DNA of 60,858 nt, the filler included, from Guillardia theta CCMP2712 (taxonomy: Eukaryota > Protista > Cryptophyta): the NCBI RefSeq assembly GCF_000315625.1. It is 3 parts of 3 records of this genome, joined end to end, with 100 filler letters (N's around TTAATTAATTAA, not from the genome) between each part and the next. Parts side by side here need not be neighbours in the genome. Positions count along the whole stretch, not along the records: positions 15,663 to 44,322 come from NW_005434382.1; 2 more parts are not named here. One strand, given 5' to 3'. Below are positions 26,074 through 37,975 of the stretch, one piece after another; within the stretch, counting starts at the first letter, position 1, and every line of letters begins with the position of its first letter. The notes under the pieces were generated by a model. It saw only the letters and a list, made by a program, of their open reading frames with translations, searched no databases and had not been told where the DNA came from. Both the position numbers and the translations under genes were made by a program.

Positions 26074-26598
26074 GTCTCAGCCACTTTTCCTTGCTTCATT
26101 GCATTCAACTTTATAGCGCCCCGACATTGTCTGCGTCATTTGTTTGGCCTATTGGTTGTGGCTGTGAGTTTTTTTCTCTGCTCCCGCTTTCAAAGCTTCA
26201 TATCGTCTGTTCTACATATCACTACATCATCCTATGTCTTGTGTCCTCCTTCCCTCTCCTCTCCTCCGCATCTTTGACCTGCTGCCTCCATACTGCCTTC
26301 CTCGATTCGCATTCTTGGTGCGCCCTGTACCACCCCACCCCCCGATATTGAGGTTGTCAAGCTTTTACAGACCCCGACTACCTTGTGAACCCCCCTTTGC
26401 AGGTTTCATCGGGGGGGGTGATGAGGGTGATGAGGCCGTTGACGAAACCTACATACCGGGAGGGGAAGGAGAAGGAACGGGAGGGTTGAGGAAGGGAGGG
26501 AACAGAGATGAAGGAGAATGACGACCAGAGCAAAGATGTGAAAGAGGCTGATCATTCGCATTGTACTTGTGATCCAATCATTCACATTGTACAGGTGT

Positions 26599-29500
26599 GA
26601 TGGCGTCCAAGACTAACTCGAGCCCTTATCTCTGGGGGGCTCGTACAGTCTCGAGAGGAAAGGTAACATTTCACTCTCCTCTTCTCTCTTCACATGATCT
26701 CAGGCGGCCATGAATGCTACACCAAGAGCAACAGAACAAGTCTCAGGTCCTCCTCGCCTACATCAGCATCTAACTTCTGACTGAGTCCCAGCTCCAATGT
26801 CCCGAGCTCATGATACCAGGGTCTGCATCATTTCTTCTTCGTCCGGCCAACACTGACACAAGTCTCAGGCTGTCAACGCCGTCAGCATCGCCAGGGGAGG
26901 GTTCACGTCCCTGAGCTCCTGGAAGCGAGCTGCGAATCAGCTCATCCGCCAGCTGTACCGGGCCAAGGTCAATCTCAACCTCGTGCTCCTCGCCCGTGCT
27001 CTTGAATCGTTTTCCTGCATTGCATATCGCTTATCTGCAGCCTCTTCCTTTCGTCTGATCGATGTTGAAGCTCATTCTCGGAGACCTTGTCGAGAACCAA
27101 GACGTAGATCCACTTTGCGTTGTGGACGATGCGGTGAATTTGTTCTTTGCTTTCTCTGTTTGCTTCTTTTGACCCCCGTGCTAAGGGCGACTTGCACAAC
27201 GACGACATTCCTGCGGAGGCCTTGCATGCAGCAGGAAAGGCTGATGAAGATCTCAAGGACAAGCTCAAGGTACTGCGACTGTCGCGAGTCTCAGCTTGAC
27301 AGCCCTGCATCAGCTGGCGGAGAACATCGTTCGCAAGCTATACGCGCGAAGGTGAAGAGATGGGCAGCTGGCAGCCTCTGATGGTCTTCAGCATGGAGCT
27401 GACCCAGCAAAACAAGTATCTGAGAGAGGAAAACGAGCGATTGAGCCAGGAACATATCCCACCCTCTCTCTCGCTCTGCCCCCCCTCCTCCGCATTCTTA
27501 TTGTGTAATGCTCCTCAAAATCTATTCTTCCTGTTCATTTTCCTTTTCACTGGTTTGATCGAACTTCGCCTCAACTTTCGTCGCTTTCTCTTCTTTGACA
27601 ATGATACAAACACAACAGCTATCAGTCGAAAGACCTCGGTCGACCAGCGGATTCAGTGAGATTCTGCATGGTGAGGACCTTGGCCCTCGTCATCGTGCTG
27701 ACCTCGAGCAGAGCAGAAAACAGACACGAAGAGGAGGGATCGACCCTTTACGGCTGGCGCACCCCTGGCGAAGAAGGAGGAGATAGAGCAACGCGTGAGT
27801 GAACAGCTTGTCAATTCCATGTTCTTCTTATCTTGATTCCCTCTGAGTTTATTGCATCTCTCAGCGAGTCATGTCGGCAGAGCCACAGCTGGGTAGTCGC
27901 AGGTATCTACGAACTTTTTCACCGCCTGCTCAGCAGCCCTCACCTCCAGGGGCGCGAGAGCCTCAACAGATGGGTGGGAGCTTGGAGGACAAGAGAATCT
28001 AGCGGAGCTGGAGAGCGCGCTGAGATCCAGCAGGAAACGAGAAGCGAAGCTTGAAAAGTGAGGATGAGGAGGGCAGGGCAGGACAGATGCCTGCTGATCT
28101 ATTGGCAGGGAACTAGAGCTCAACAAGGAGCTGGAGGTCCTCGTGTGGGATGGGAAGAAGGAAATGTTGATGGGAGCGAAGGGCTAAAGTTGACATGTCA
28201 AGCAGGCTGAGCAGCTTCTTGCGAATCAAACGATTGCGAAGATGAAAGAAAGACTCAAATCTGCCAAGTTAGACCTGAACCCTTGACTTCTCTTGCATCC
28301 TTGTTTACCTTTCCTCTGTTTCTTCATTCTGTTGATGGCTCACCTTGGTTTCGTTCCATTCTTTTGGCTTCTTTCTACGCTCGTCTATTTCTTGTTTCTG
28401 CTTTTTCACATTTTTCGAGCCAACTGGTTGCCGCTGACTCAACTTACTTTGATTACGCCAGGACACTTCTACTGGATCTTGCAGGTGATGTCAAGTAGCG
28501 GAATAGGAGGAGGAGAGAGATGGGACGTTTGAAGGGAGAAAAGGAGGATGACGAGATTGGCAGGTCAGCTACAGGATCTCAAGGACGACAACGTCAGACT
28601 GCAAGGCAAAATTTCAGCAGCCGATAAGCTGACAAAACAGAAACTAAAGCAGGTAAAAAAAAACTCCTCATGAGCTGAAAGCTCCTCCCTTGCTCTATTC
28701 TCATTGATTCCTTTGTCATTAGCAGCTTCTCTTGACATCTCTCTTTTCAGTTCCTTCAGCATAGCAACGAAGTCATTGCCGGACTGCTCACTCTTGTGGT
28801 TGTCTGCCCTTCCTTTCCGGCTATGATTTCACCAGCTGCTCTCCTCTTCTTTGTTTTGTTCCCTTTCTCCCTTCTCAATCTCTACATTTGATTTCTTCAC
28901 AGCCATCTGTGACTCTGCGATACACCTCCTTACCTGCTATTGCTATCCTCTTCCACTTCTTGTCGTCAAGCGATGTGTACAGGAGAAGGTGCCTGCGTCT
29001 TCGAAGAGGACAGGAAGTGGTCAGGATCGAAAGGTGTGGCTTGAGAGGATGAGGAGATGATGGAGGAAGAGCCGAGGAACTGAGTTGAAAGAGGGTGACA
29101 ATGGAGCAGGATGCAGATGAAGTGGCACGGGAACAGCAGCTTCTCCTCCAGCAGATTCGTCAGAGTTCTCACGCCATAGGTATGTCAGTGATGTCTGGAT
29201 TGCCCACTGACGCCTCGCAGGGGATTTGTCAGAGAGCATGTTAGGAGAGAGGAAAGAGCTCCCATCTGATGAAAGCGACGACGAGAGCCTTGGAGAAGAC
29301 GCCTTTACCACGTGAGGGGACAAGAAGGATTGAGATGGCGGTAGCAGATGAGAGGAGCAGTCAGATAGAGCTAGTGATAGCACAAGGAGGAGATAGGCCT
29401 GCTGCGAACTTGGCAAGTCGGATGCAGGTTGGATTGGAAGTTTGATAGGTAGGAGGACAGAAGGAAGAGTCTCCAGAGGAAGTGTAAGGGGAGGCAATAA

Positions 29501-31520
29501 CATCATCGCAGTTCTCGTCTTGTTCGAACAGTTGAGCTCATTGCTCTGCAGCTCTCGTACGTCTCACTTGACTCATTCTCCTCGTCCTTTTTTGTCCCTA
29601 CCTCGTCCTTCCTCGATTTCTTTCCTGACAACAGGCAGGCCTGCTGGAAGAGTTGAGCTCTTGGAGGTCATGCGAGACCTGTGAGGCTCTTGTCTTTCTC
29701 TCTATGAGCTATCTCCTTACCCTGCTCTTCTCCTCTTCTCCAGTTTCCTACCTCTCGTTCTTCTGACCCTCGTTTAGCTTTCAGCGCTTTCACCTCGTCA
29801 AGATGGAAATGGACGCGCTCCTTCAAACCCACGAGGAGGTGAGTACCTGCCGTTGCTTCTTCTCCTGTTCCGATGCTCAGCTGCTACGGGCAGTTTCGAC
29901 AGCAGACCGACGCGAGCATACGTCAGGTCGAATAATGCCCGCGTTTCTCCTGCTCTCGACGCCTCCTCCTCCCTTCGTTATCCTTTCGTTACCATGGCGA
30001 TTCCTTTTTCTGTGCCCTCCACGCAATGTCTCGTCCTACTCCTTGTCTTTCTTTCAGTTCCCTCTGTACCATGCTTCTTTTCGCTTCTGACATGCTGGTT
30101 CAGCTGATGATGGAGCGGTCAGTACTACGAGGTGTGATCGCGGATCTTATGAGGAAAGATCACACGGGAGGTGTTCCTCTTGATCCTGACCTCATAGAGG
30201 CCGAGGTAACTTCCTCTTCCATTCCTCCTCCTTTTCTTCTTTTCTACTCCTCTCTTCTTCTTCTTTCCCCTTCTTTCTTCCTCCTTTCTTCCTTCTTTCC
30301 TCCTCGTCTCAATCGTTTCTTCTTTCGTCCTCCTCTATCGCGACTTATCCACCTCCCCACCCCTTGCAGGGCTTGGCCTCGCGAAGCGATGTTGCTCTTG
30401 TCCAAGCGCAGCTGGAGGTAGAGGCGATTGAACGGGTGAACTTGTTATTTTCTGTTATGCTTGGCCTCATGCTTGGCAGCTCGAGAGGGAAGAGGAGGAG
30501 AACGAGGACGAAGACGAGGAAGAGGGACTAACGTCCGAGGATGCAGAGGAGGAGGAGAATCAGGGTCATTCCTTGACCCAGGAAATCTTGTTGTAAACTG
30601 GAGAGCATTTCTGACCCTCATTGCAGACCACAAAAGAACTGACGGGTAACATTGCCTTCTCGCCGTCGGCATGGAAGGACGATTTCCTTACCTCCAGTTC
30701 GGATAGCCTGAGGTTGGAGGAGGGACCAAGCGCTGCACAAGTCGGGCCAGGAGGAGTTTACATGCCTGGGGAGTGGCAAGGCGAAGAATCCAAGGAGGAG
30801 GAGGAGGAGAAGAACGCATCGTCAGTGAGGGAGCTCAAGAATGATGACGGGACTTGGTTCATGGTGAGGATTGCTCGGGTGCACGAAGGTGGTTGGAAAT
30901 GGATTGGGAGAGATAGGGTGGGAGATGAAAGGAGGAACAAGGTGAAGGTCAGGATGACTTTTGTTGCTTGCAGGGAGACGTTCGCTCGGGTCGACCGCAT
31001 GGGCATGGCAGCGAGACATACCCTGACGGCTCATCCTACGAGGGCCAGGTCTACTCCTTGCGCCCTCACGGCAAGCAATGAGTCAATGCTTCTCAGTTTC
31101 ATACTGGTCATCGTGATGGGCATGGAGCCTACTACTTTCCAGACGGAAGTGTGCTGGAGGGGCAATGGAAGGACGGGGTGAGTGCGGACAGTGAGTAGGA
31201 GGAAGCTGACTTCATTATAAGCTGCAGCATGGCGTTGGCATCATGCGATCTGCTCGGACAAGGGTAGTCAAAGTTTGTACTTTTTCTCCTCCTAACATTC
31301 GGGTAGGATGAACCTGTCCTTGTCAGCTCCAGCAATGGTGTAGTCGAGGTACGTAGTGCCAGAAATGGCGTAGTGGAGGAGAGAATCGAGCTCGAGCTTA
31401 TTTCTCCTCTCGCAGAGCTTCCTTCCTCTACATGCAGGTCGTGACACGGCTGCGCTGGACGAGCTCCAAGTGCAGGTGCCTTGCCCTGGGTTCCTGTTGA
31501 CCTCTTGACTCTATTCTGAG
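26599..31520 (+). CDS. Long multi-exon coiled-coil hypothetical protein (one or possibly two genes)
   Basis: ATG at ~26599 (MASKTNSSPY...). Many short exons with heptad-rich content (MELTQQNKYLREENERLSQE, LQDLKDDNVRLQGKI, LMMERSVLRGVIADL) between pyrimidine- or purine-rich introns. Confidence 0.4.
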
Positions 31521-32057
31521 GTGCTGGAGGCGCTTGACATCGTCGCATCGAAAGTTGCAGAAGCTCGAAGTAGGAACGAAGAGGAGCGAAGTGAACAAGC
31601 CGAGAGAAACGACGTGGAATGAAACATACTATCCGAATGGCATATGCTCTACAAAAACCTGGCCACCGTTGCTCCTTTTCTTGGCTGGTCGGAGGTGGAG
31701 GGCCCTGAGTCAGCGCAATTAGTATCGGGCCGGCTTGGGTTGGACCGGCGGGCCCGGCCGAATCAGGTCCGGCCCGGCCCGGAGTCCGATCGTGCCTGCA
31801 GCGTTCTCACAAAGAAGTTCGTGGTTAAAACATTCATGGGTGGGGTGGATGGAATCTTCAAACCCGGATGAATGATTTCAGTAGGTGGGTAGGGCGACCC
31901 ACCTACCCCGATAGCACGGTTTTCTAGTATTTTTGATGTATAATCGCATACAGGGAACCTCGGAAAGGGGTACTTTACCCGCAGGTACCCCCCAGGCCCC
32001 AAACCCTCTATAAGTTGGGAAGGCAGGCCACCAGGAAGTGGCGAAAGCGACAGCACT

Positions 32058-34013
32058 ATGCGCAGCAAGGAGGACGACACGTTGAGTAGTGACGAAGCGA
32101 GAGAAGAGGAGCAGGAGGTTCAGCCCCCGGCGATGTCGAGCAGAGTCTCGCCCTTCTCGTGCAATCACCTACACTATCATAAACCGGTACCCATTCAAGT
32201 CCCGACCAACTGCACTTTCAAGGTACTCACCTTGACGGGGATGGATAAGATGCATAGAGGGAGCAACCAGACGCGTCACTACCTCGTAAGAAAAAGCAAG
32301 AAAGGAGGATACACCCCCTCTCTCAACATCAAAGATGAGAAGCTTCTCGCGATCCAGCGAGATGCATGCTACGACATCTTCACTCATGTCAAGCATACGG
32401 CATCAAAGCCACCACGAGCTAGAGGACGATGCTTCCTCTGCTTCTTGCAAGGAGACATGCCTGCTCATGGCAGGAGGCGCATCTTCATCAAGCAGGTGAT
32501 ATGCAATGGATCAGGTATGGCGGGAGAAGGAAACTTGGAGCAGACCTTCTTTTTCGGAGTCTGCGAGCGATGCAACGACGAGAGGAACGACCGGGTGCTC
32601 AAGACTGTGATATCGAACGAGCTGCATGCTCAGACTGCCAGCTACCTCATCTATGATGACACGCTCTTGTCGGTGCCGCGCGAGCCTAGGCAGAAAGCTA
32701 GCCTTGCGGGAGTACAAACACCTCGCATCTGCAGCTCCAGCGACTCGGACTCGGACAACGTCCCGATCGCGAGGCTGGAAGAAAGAAGGCACGAAAAGAC
32801 GAGGAAAAACGACAGGAGGCTAGAAGACAGGAGGAATCCAGGACGAGGCAAGATGTCCCCTCAGACGCCTCGCCAAGATCCATCAAGCACTAGCGGCTCC
32901 GACTCGGACAACCTTCCGATCTCTCGGCTACAGGAGAGGAGGAGTGCGAAGCGAAACCTGTCAGCTGCCCTGAGAGCTGATCTTGCGGATGACACTGAGG
33001 ACACAATGAATGCGGCATCTTCCGGTGACGACAATGCCGAGCCAGAGGCCATTCCTCGAGGTTTGCATGGTGGCAGGTACAGACGCAGGTCTCCTTTGAG
33101 CGATGACGATGACGAGGAGGAGGTTGGTGAGCAGCAGATACAGCAGGAGCAGGAGACATCAGAGCATGATGAAGACGACAATGACAACCAAGAGCAGGTG
33201 GACAGCACGGCGCCCGTAGCTTTGATTTGCAAGCCCGTCTGGCAGCAGCCTCAGAAGGACGACCCGTTCGCTCTCTCTGACGACGATGAGTCCAGCAGCA
33301 GCTCCGGGATCAAGGGCCCTTCGAGTTCGGCATGGCCTCCGTGTGCGTGGGCACCAGCACGTACGGGGATGCTAACTCCAGGAGTCTCGGGCGGCTCTAA
33401 GGGGCTGCCTATAACGAGCGCGATGAAAGAGGCTAGGCCGTTCCACATGCCTCGAAGCACAGATAGGGAAACCGAAAAAATGGAGATCAATGCAAGGGTC
33501 CCGGAAGTAGGAGGAAGCGGAAGGCTGCTAAAGGAGAGGAGAGGAAACCAGAGCATGGAACATGAGGAGGTGCGGCGGAAGAGAGCGAAGACGTCGTCAG
33601 GAGCAGACATGCCGGTCAGGGAGCTGCAGGCTTGTGCTCCGGACGTCGACGCGAGCAGCTCTGTTAGTCGGCGGCAAGTCCCTGGGACCGATGACGGAGG
33701 GGATGCACTTGGTGATCAGGGTGCTGCTGGAACAAGCATCACCAGAGGGAGCACAAGCATCACCAGAGGGAGCACAAGCATCACCAGAGGGAGCACAAGC
33801 ATCACCAGAGGGAGCACAAGCATCGGCCAGGGGCAGCCAAGATCGGATGAGAGGATGCTGGCAGGGATTGGGGAAGTCTTAAGGAGCCTGGAGTGGGGAG
33901 AGACAGGAGGACCAGGGCTGTCGATGCTGGAGCAGGTCAGGATGCTCAGCAGGTTTACCAAGACCTACGAGGTGCTATGGAAGGACTTCACTCATGACAA
34001 GCCCTGCGAATGA
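32058..34013 (+). CDS. Intronless 651-aa hypothetical protein: Cys-rich N-terminal domain followed by an acidic/disordered region with internal repeats
   Basis: Uninterrupted ORF; CFLC...C...CERC cluster; SDSDN(V/L)PI(A/S)RL twice; TSITRGS tandem repeat. Confidence 0.65.
   Translation: MRSKEDDTLSSDEAREEEQEVQPPAMSSRVSPFSCNHLHYHKPVPIQVPTNCTFKVLTLTGMDKMHRGSNQTRHYLVRKSKKGGYTPSLNIKDEKLLAIQRDACYDIFTHVKHTASKPPRARGRCFLCFLQGDMPAHGRRRIFIKQVICNGSGMAGEGNLEQTFFFGVCERCNDERNDRVLKTVISNELHAQTASYLIYDDTLLSVPREPRQKASLAGVQTPRICSSSDSDSDNVPIARLEERRHEKTRKNDRRLEDRRNPGRGKMSPQTPRQDPSSTSGSDSDNLPISRLQERRSAKRNLSAALRADLADDTEDTMNAASSGDDNAEPEAIPRGLHGGRYRRRSPLSDDDDEEEVGEQQIQQEQETSEHDEDDNDNQEQVDSTAPVALICKPVWQQPQKDDPFALSDDDESSSSSGIKGPSSSAWPPCAWAPARTGMLTPGVSGGSKGLPITSAMKEARPFHMPRSTDRETEKMEINARVPEVGGSGRLLKERRGNQSMEHEEVRRKRAKTSSGADMPVRELQACAPDVDASSSVSRRQVPGTDDGGDALGDQGAAGTSITRGSTSITRGSTSITRGSTSITRGSTSIGQGQPRSDERMLAGIGEVLRSLEWGETGGPGLSMLEQVRMLSRFTKTYEVLWKDFTHDKPCE
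33730..33823 (+). repeat. 21-bp coding tandem repeat (~4.5 copies)
   Basis: ACAAGCATCACCAGAGGGAGC units encoding TSITRGS. Confidence 0.9.
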
Positions 34014-34317
34014 GAACAAGTACCGCGCATAGTTGCTCCTGGGCGAGAACTTGAACAGATTTTCACATGTGCGCAAGGGAGTTTTGAACGTTGACCCTCG
34101 AAATTGGAGTGCTCGTTTCGTGCATCAAAACTCACGAGAGATGTCCTATCCGAGGGCACCTCACGATACTGAACTTTTCTGGGCCTTCGACGGGAACCAA
34201 GGCCATTGATGCCTTTTCTACAAATCGTCATGGCATTCCCAAGAAGCAGCAAGGGATCCGACAGTTTTCTCAACACGTTGAATTCAATCAATTCATACCA
34301 TAAAGAGGATTTACACA

Positions 34318-35300
34318 ATGACAGCAAGAGGTGGACGCGAGTCCAAGGAGATAAGAAGACGGCCAGGAGGGGCAGCGCGTTCTCGCCACGGTCAACTACA
34401 GCTGCTGAGCTTGACTGAGCATGAGGCCTCGGTGTATGTCGACCAAGAGGAGAAGCTGAAGAAGAGATTCGAAGAAATCGGACTGATCGTAGACTCTGTG
34501 CAAGGTAGTAAATCGATGATGTGGAAGGCCCTGTATAAATCTTCCGAGATAGCGAGTGCTTGCACTACTCTCTGATGGAGGCCACCAAAGTTCACCCTTC
34601 CAACCAGTGCCCCATCCACCTCGCACGAGGGGTCGATTCCCCTGAATTGAGTAGCGCCGCCAATCCATACTCAGCTATCCAAGCTATTACTTGGTCTCCA
34701 CCAACGAGGAAGAAGCTGTTCCAGTGGAAGAAGACGACATCTCCATGCTGCCCTTGATGCGAGGGAAAGGAGGAAAGCTGGGTACATGTCCAGCTAGCCT
34801 GGAAACAATTTGAGCTCATGGTGGCTCTAGCACACAACAGAGTAATGAAAACAATCAAGAGAAGCTTGACACAGAGCTGGAAGAAACAAAACATTGAGCA
34901 TGAGAGTTGGTGGCAAACACCAATCTGAATGGGCTCTGCTACTTCAGAGGGTCCAATCGCATTGTGCTAGCGGAGATAGCACGAACTTCAGAGTTCACTG
35001 GCGAGGGAAGCAGCCTGGCAAATCTGAAGGCGAAGTTTCAGGAGAAAGAACAGAAATATGCAGCACTGCGGGCAGAGATGACAAGCCTAAGCGAGAACAC
35101 TAAAGTCATACTGGCCACATTCAACCTGCTTATGGACAAGGATATAATCGACAGAGTCATGACCACAGCTGCTCGAAGTGCAGCACATGCTATGAACCTC
35201 AAGGAGACTAGGAGACACGGCCAACGATCCGATACGACGGTGAGATACAATCAAGAGACTGATAGGGAGCAGGGTGCCAGAATCGTGATCGGAACATACC
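34318..35300. mobile_element. Decayed, rearranged non-LTR retrotransposon remnant: ORF1-like piece (+), ORF2 N-terminal piece (-), CCHC + RLE-like C-terminus (+)
   Basis: FEEIGLIVDSVQGSKSMMWKA matches ORF1 LEEQGLIVDQTQDSRSLIFKA at ~40620. EYGLAALLNSGE at 34637-34672 (-) is identical in amino acids to 42479-42514 (+). Also CP*CEGKEESWVH...AHNRV and GLCY...IVLAEIART...EKEQKYAAL. Confidence 0.75.
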
Positions 35301-36940
35301 GCCCTCCGCTCAGCCTCGTCTGCTGGACTACTCCATCTACACATTGGCTCTCATCTAGTCCCATTGAAGGAGTCTTTCTGCAAAGCTCATTCTCTCAAAA
35401 TATCTAGCACAAATGCAAGGATCAAGAATTTCTCTTGCAGCACCTGCTGAATTAGAGGTATATTTGCAATTTTATGGATCATTGGGATCAATATCGGTCG
35501 TTCCAACAATGAATTGAGAGTGACGCAAACATGCTTAACTGCATGAGTTGATATCAACTCTCTTACAACATTCATGTAGCACAATTTGTCATTTACAACC
35601 GACTACTACCTATTAAATTGGCATTTCATCTAAAAGGATTCCTTGTTTTTTTCGTAACGAAGACATGAAACCAATCTATTGAAGGTAACGTAGTCTCATC
35701 TCTTTTTCGCCCTCCGAAACAAAACAGCTGAGAACAAACACAACTTTTTTGATTTTTTGGGGGAAAAAATAAGGACCTTTAATCCATCCATCTTGTTTTG
35801 AGCTGATTATCTTGCTGATTTTCTTGTTTTGAGCTGATTTTCTTGCTGATTTTCTTGTTTTGAGCTGATTTTCTTGGGGTATATTCATATATTTTGTTTA
35901 CATTCTCGCATTCACATCATTCTTGTAGCAATGTCGCATTCTTCCTTCACGTCGGACTGCCAGTTTCTTTTGAACGATCTCTCCGTGTCAAAATAAGCAA
36001 ACCAATCTGAACGGGGTTCAGGGACATCGTATTGTGCTATTGTAGAGGCACCAAAAAAGTTCTGAAAAACTTCTAATGCTGTTGGATCTGTCCCGAGAAT
36101 CTCCGGCAGAGGAACATCCTGACACATCTCGACACCGAATGGTTTGATACAGTTGAGATATTGCCACGGTCCTTGATCTTCTTGAACAATTCAGATGGGA
36201 ATGCAGAAGAGCAGCTGAAAGCGAGCTTGTGATGCGGGAGAGCAAGGTGTTTTTGTGTTGCTGGAACAAAGTGAAGGGTCCGAGCGGGGTTGGGCGGACT
36301 TGGTGGAGCAGTGGAGGAGGTCGAAGGAGGGGCGCAATGAGTCTTGCTGACAGGTACATGTGCGTCTCAATAGATATATTGTGGGGTGGGGTGAAGTGAC
36401 TTGGGGGTGGTTGTAGGGACGGGGGCGGGTAGTAAAAGCGGCGGCGGTTCGGATGCAGCCGAGGGTCGTCGGTACGAGAGATCCACCTCTCTATCTCGAG
36501 GAACACGTCCAGTCATGCATGGAACCTCATGAGACGATGTGCAGCGCCTAACTCTTGCCGAAAAGATTCTTTTTCATTGTGTGTGCTTCAGTCTTATCCC
36601 TGATAAGTTCTCTTTTCGTTAACGGTAGTCGTGTTGCCGAGGCCGGGCTTTGGAGTTACAGCTGGGGCCCCTAATCTTCTTTGAGTAAAGACAGCCTAAA
36701 AAAGTAGCTCGACATAAATAGTCACTCCTGATTGTCCTCGTACTGCTTTTTAACTTAACTTTGAGTAAAGCAGTCACAGGCTGCAAAAGAGTCCGATCTG
36801 CCCTTTGAGTAAAGAAAGACTGAAATAGTAAGACTCTGAGACCGGGACTCGGGCATGGGCCAGGACTAGTCTCGCTGGCACTGCCGGGCCGGGCCGAACT
36901 GCATGCAGCATGATCTGACTCATGGGTTAATCCTAGCCCG

Positions 36941-37023
36941 GGTTTAGGGTTTAGGGTTTGCCCGCTTTTCAGGCCCGGGCACTGAGGCCCGCTTATTTCA
37001 GGCACTGCCCGCTTATTTCAGGC
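36941..37023 (+). repeat. Short interstitial TTTAGGG tract followed by GCCCGCTT(A)TTTCAGGC repeats
   Basis: GGTTTAGGGTTTAGGGTTT followed by three copies of a 15-17-mer resembling the 19-mer at 39.75-40.09 kb. Confidence 0.75.
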
Positions 37024-37226
37024 CCGTTTCCCGGTGACTCAGCCGTTTCCTTCAACTCCGCAATGCACAAGTCGGAGAAGCTGTACCCGGGCGCGGCGTG
37101 ATGTGCCAGCATCCGGCGCACGCCGATTCGGATCGATCATCTTTTCAAGGCTCCGATTCGACAGCCGATTCGATGTATCTTGCGTGTCCGCGTGGGGACG
37201 AGGGTCGGCCGGGTCATTGTTGTACT

Positions 37227-37915
37227 ATGGCGGAAGAGGTGAGGGTACAAGCTCGCGCCTCCTTCAGCCGATCGACGGTAAAATGCTCGCGCAAGAATGC
37301 AGGAGACAGGGAAGCTGATAGTTTGGCACAGAAATACTACATCTCTGTTGGAGACGCATCCTATGGTCGATGTAGAAAGAAATGGGAGGATTTTGAAGAT
37401 CTTTATGATTCTCTCGAATTAAGATATGGCAAGCTGGATATTTCCTTTCCGGTATATGCGACAAGGTGCAAGTTGATATCTGAAGCTATCTGCGGCTGCA
37501 GTCGTTCTTGCCATCGATGACATGGATTCACAGGAAAAATAATACCAAAGCCGAGGCTGTAGAAAAGAATCGCAGAAACTTGGAGAAACTTCTGGAGAAA
37601 CTGAGGGCTCACCCTAAGCTTTCACATGATTCGGATGTGATTTCGTTTTTGCACCTTGTTGATGTAAAAGAGAATGTGGACTCGGACGATGGTGCACCAA
37701 GCTTATCCCTGCGCGACAAGCCTGGACCGACTCCGTTCACCGTGGAGTCAAAGCCTGCTTCTGCTTGTCATGTTGATGAAGGAGACCAAGCAGACGACGA
37801 AACATTACCAATTGATAGCAATTCTACATCGAATACCCTTCTGCCATCATCACTTGAATGGAAATCAACTCCACAAGCAGCCGAGCCCAAGAATTCTATA
37901 TGGATTGGTCGATGA
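37227..37915 (+). CDS. PX (Phox homology) domain-containing protein
   Basis: KYYISV...RKKWEDFEDLYDSL...FP|LPS...EKNRRNLEKLL...HP...SDVISFL; intron ~37452-37501. Confidence 0.7.
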
Positions 37916-37975
37916 GGATGTAACATAATAGAATTTATCGAAAAGCACACCACTCTTGTTCACGAAACCTTTGCA

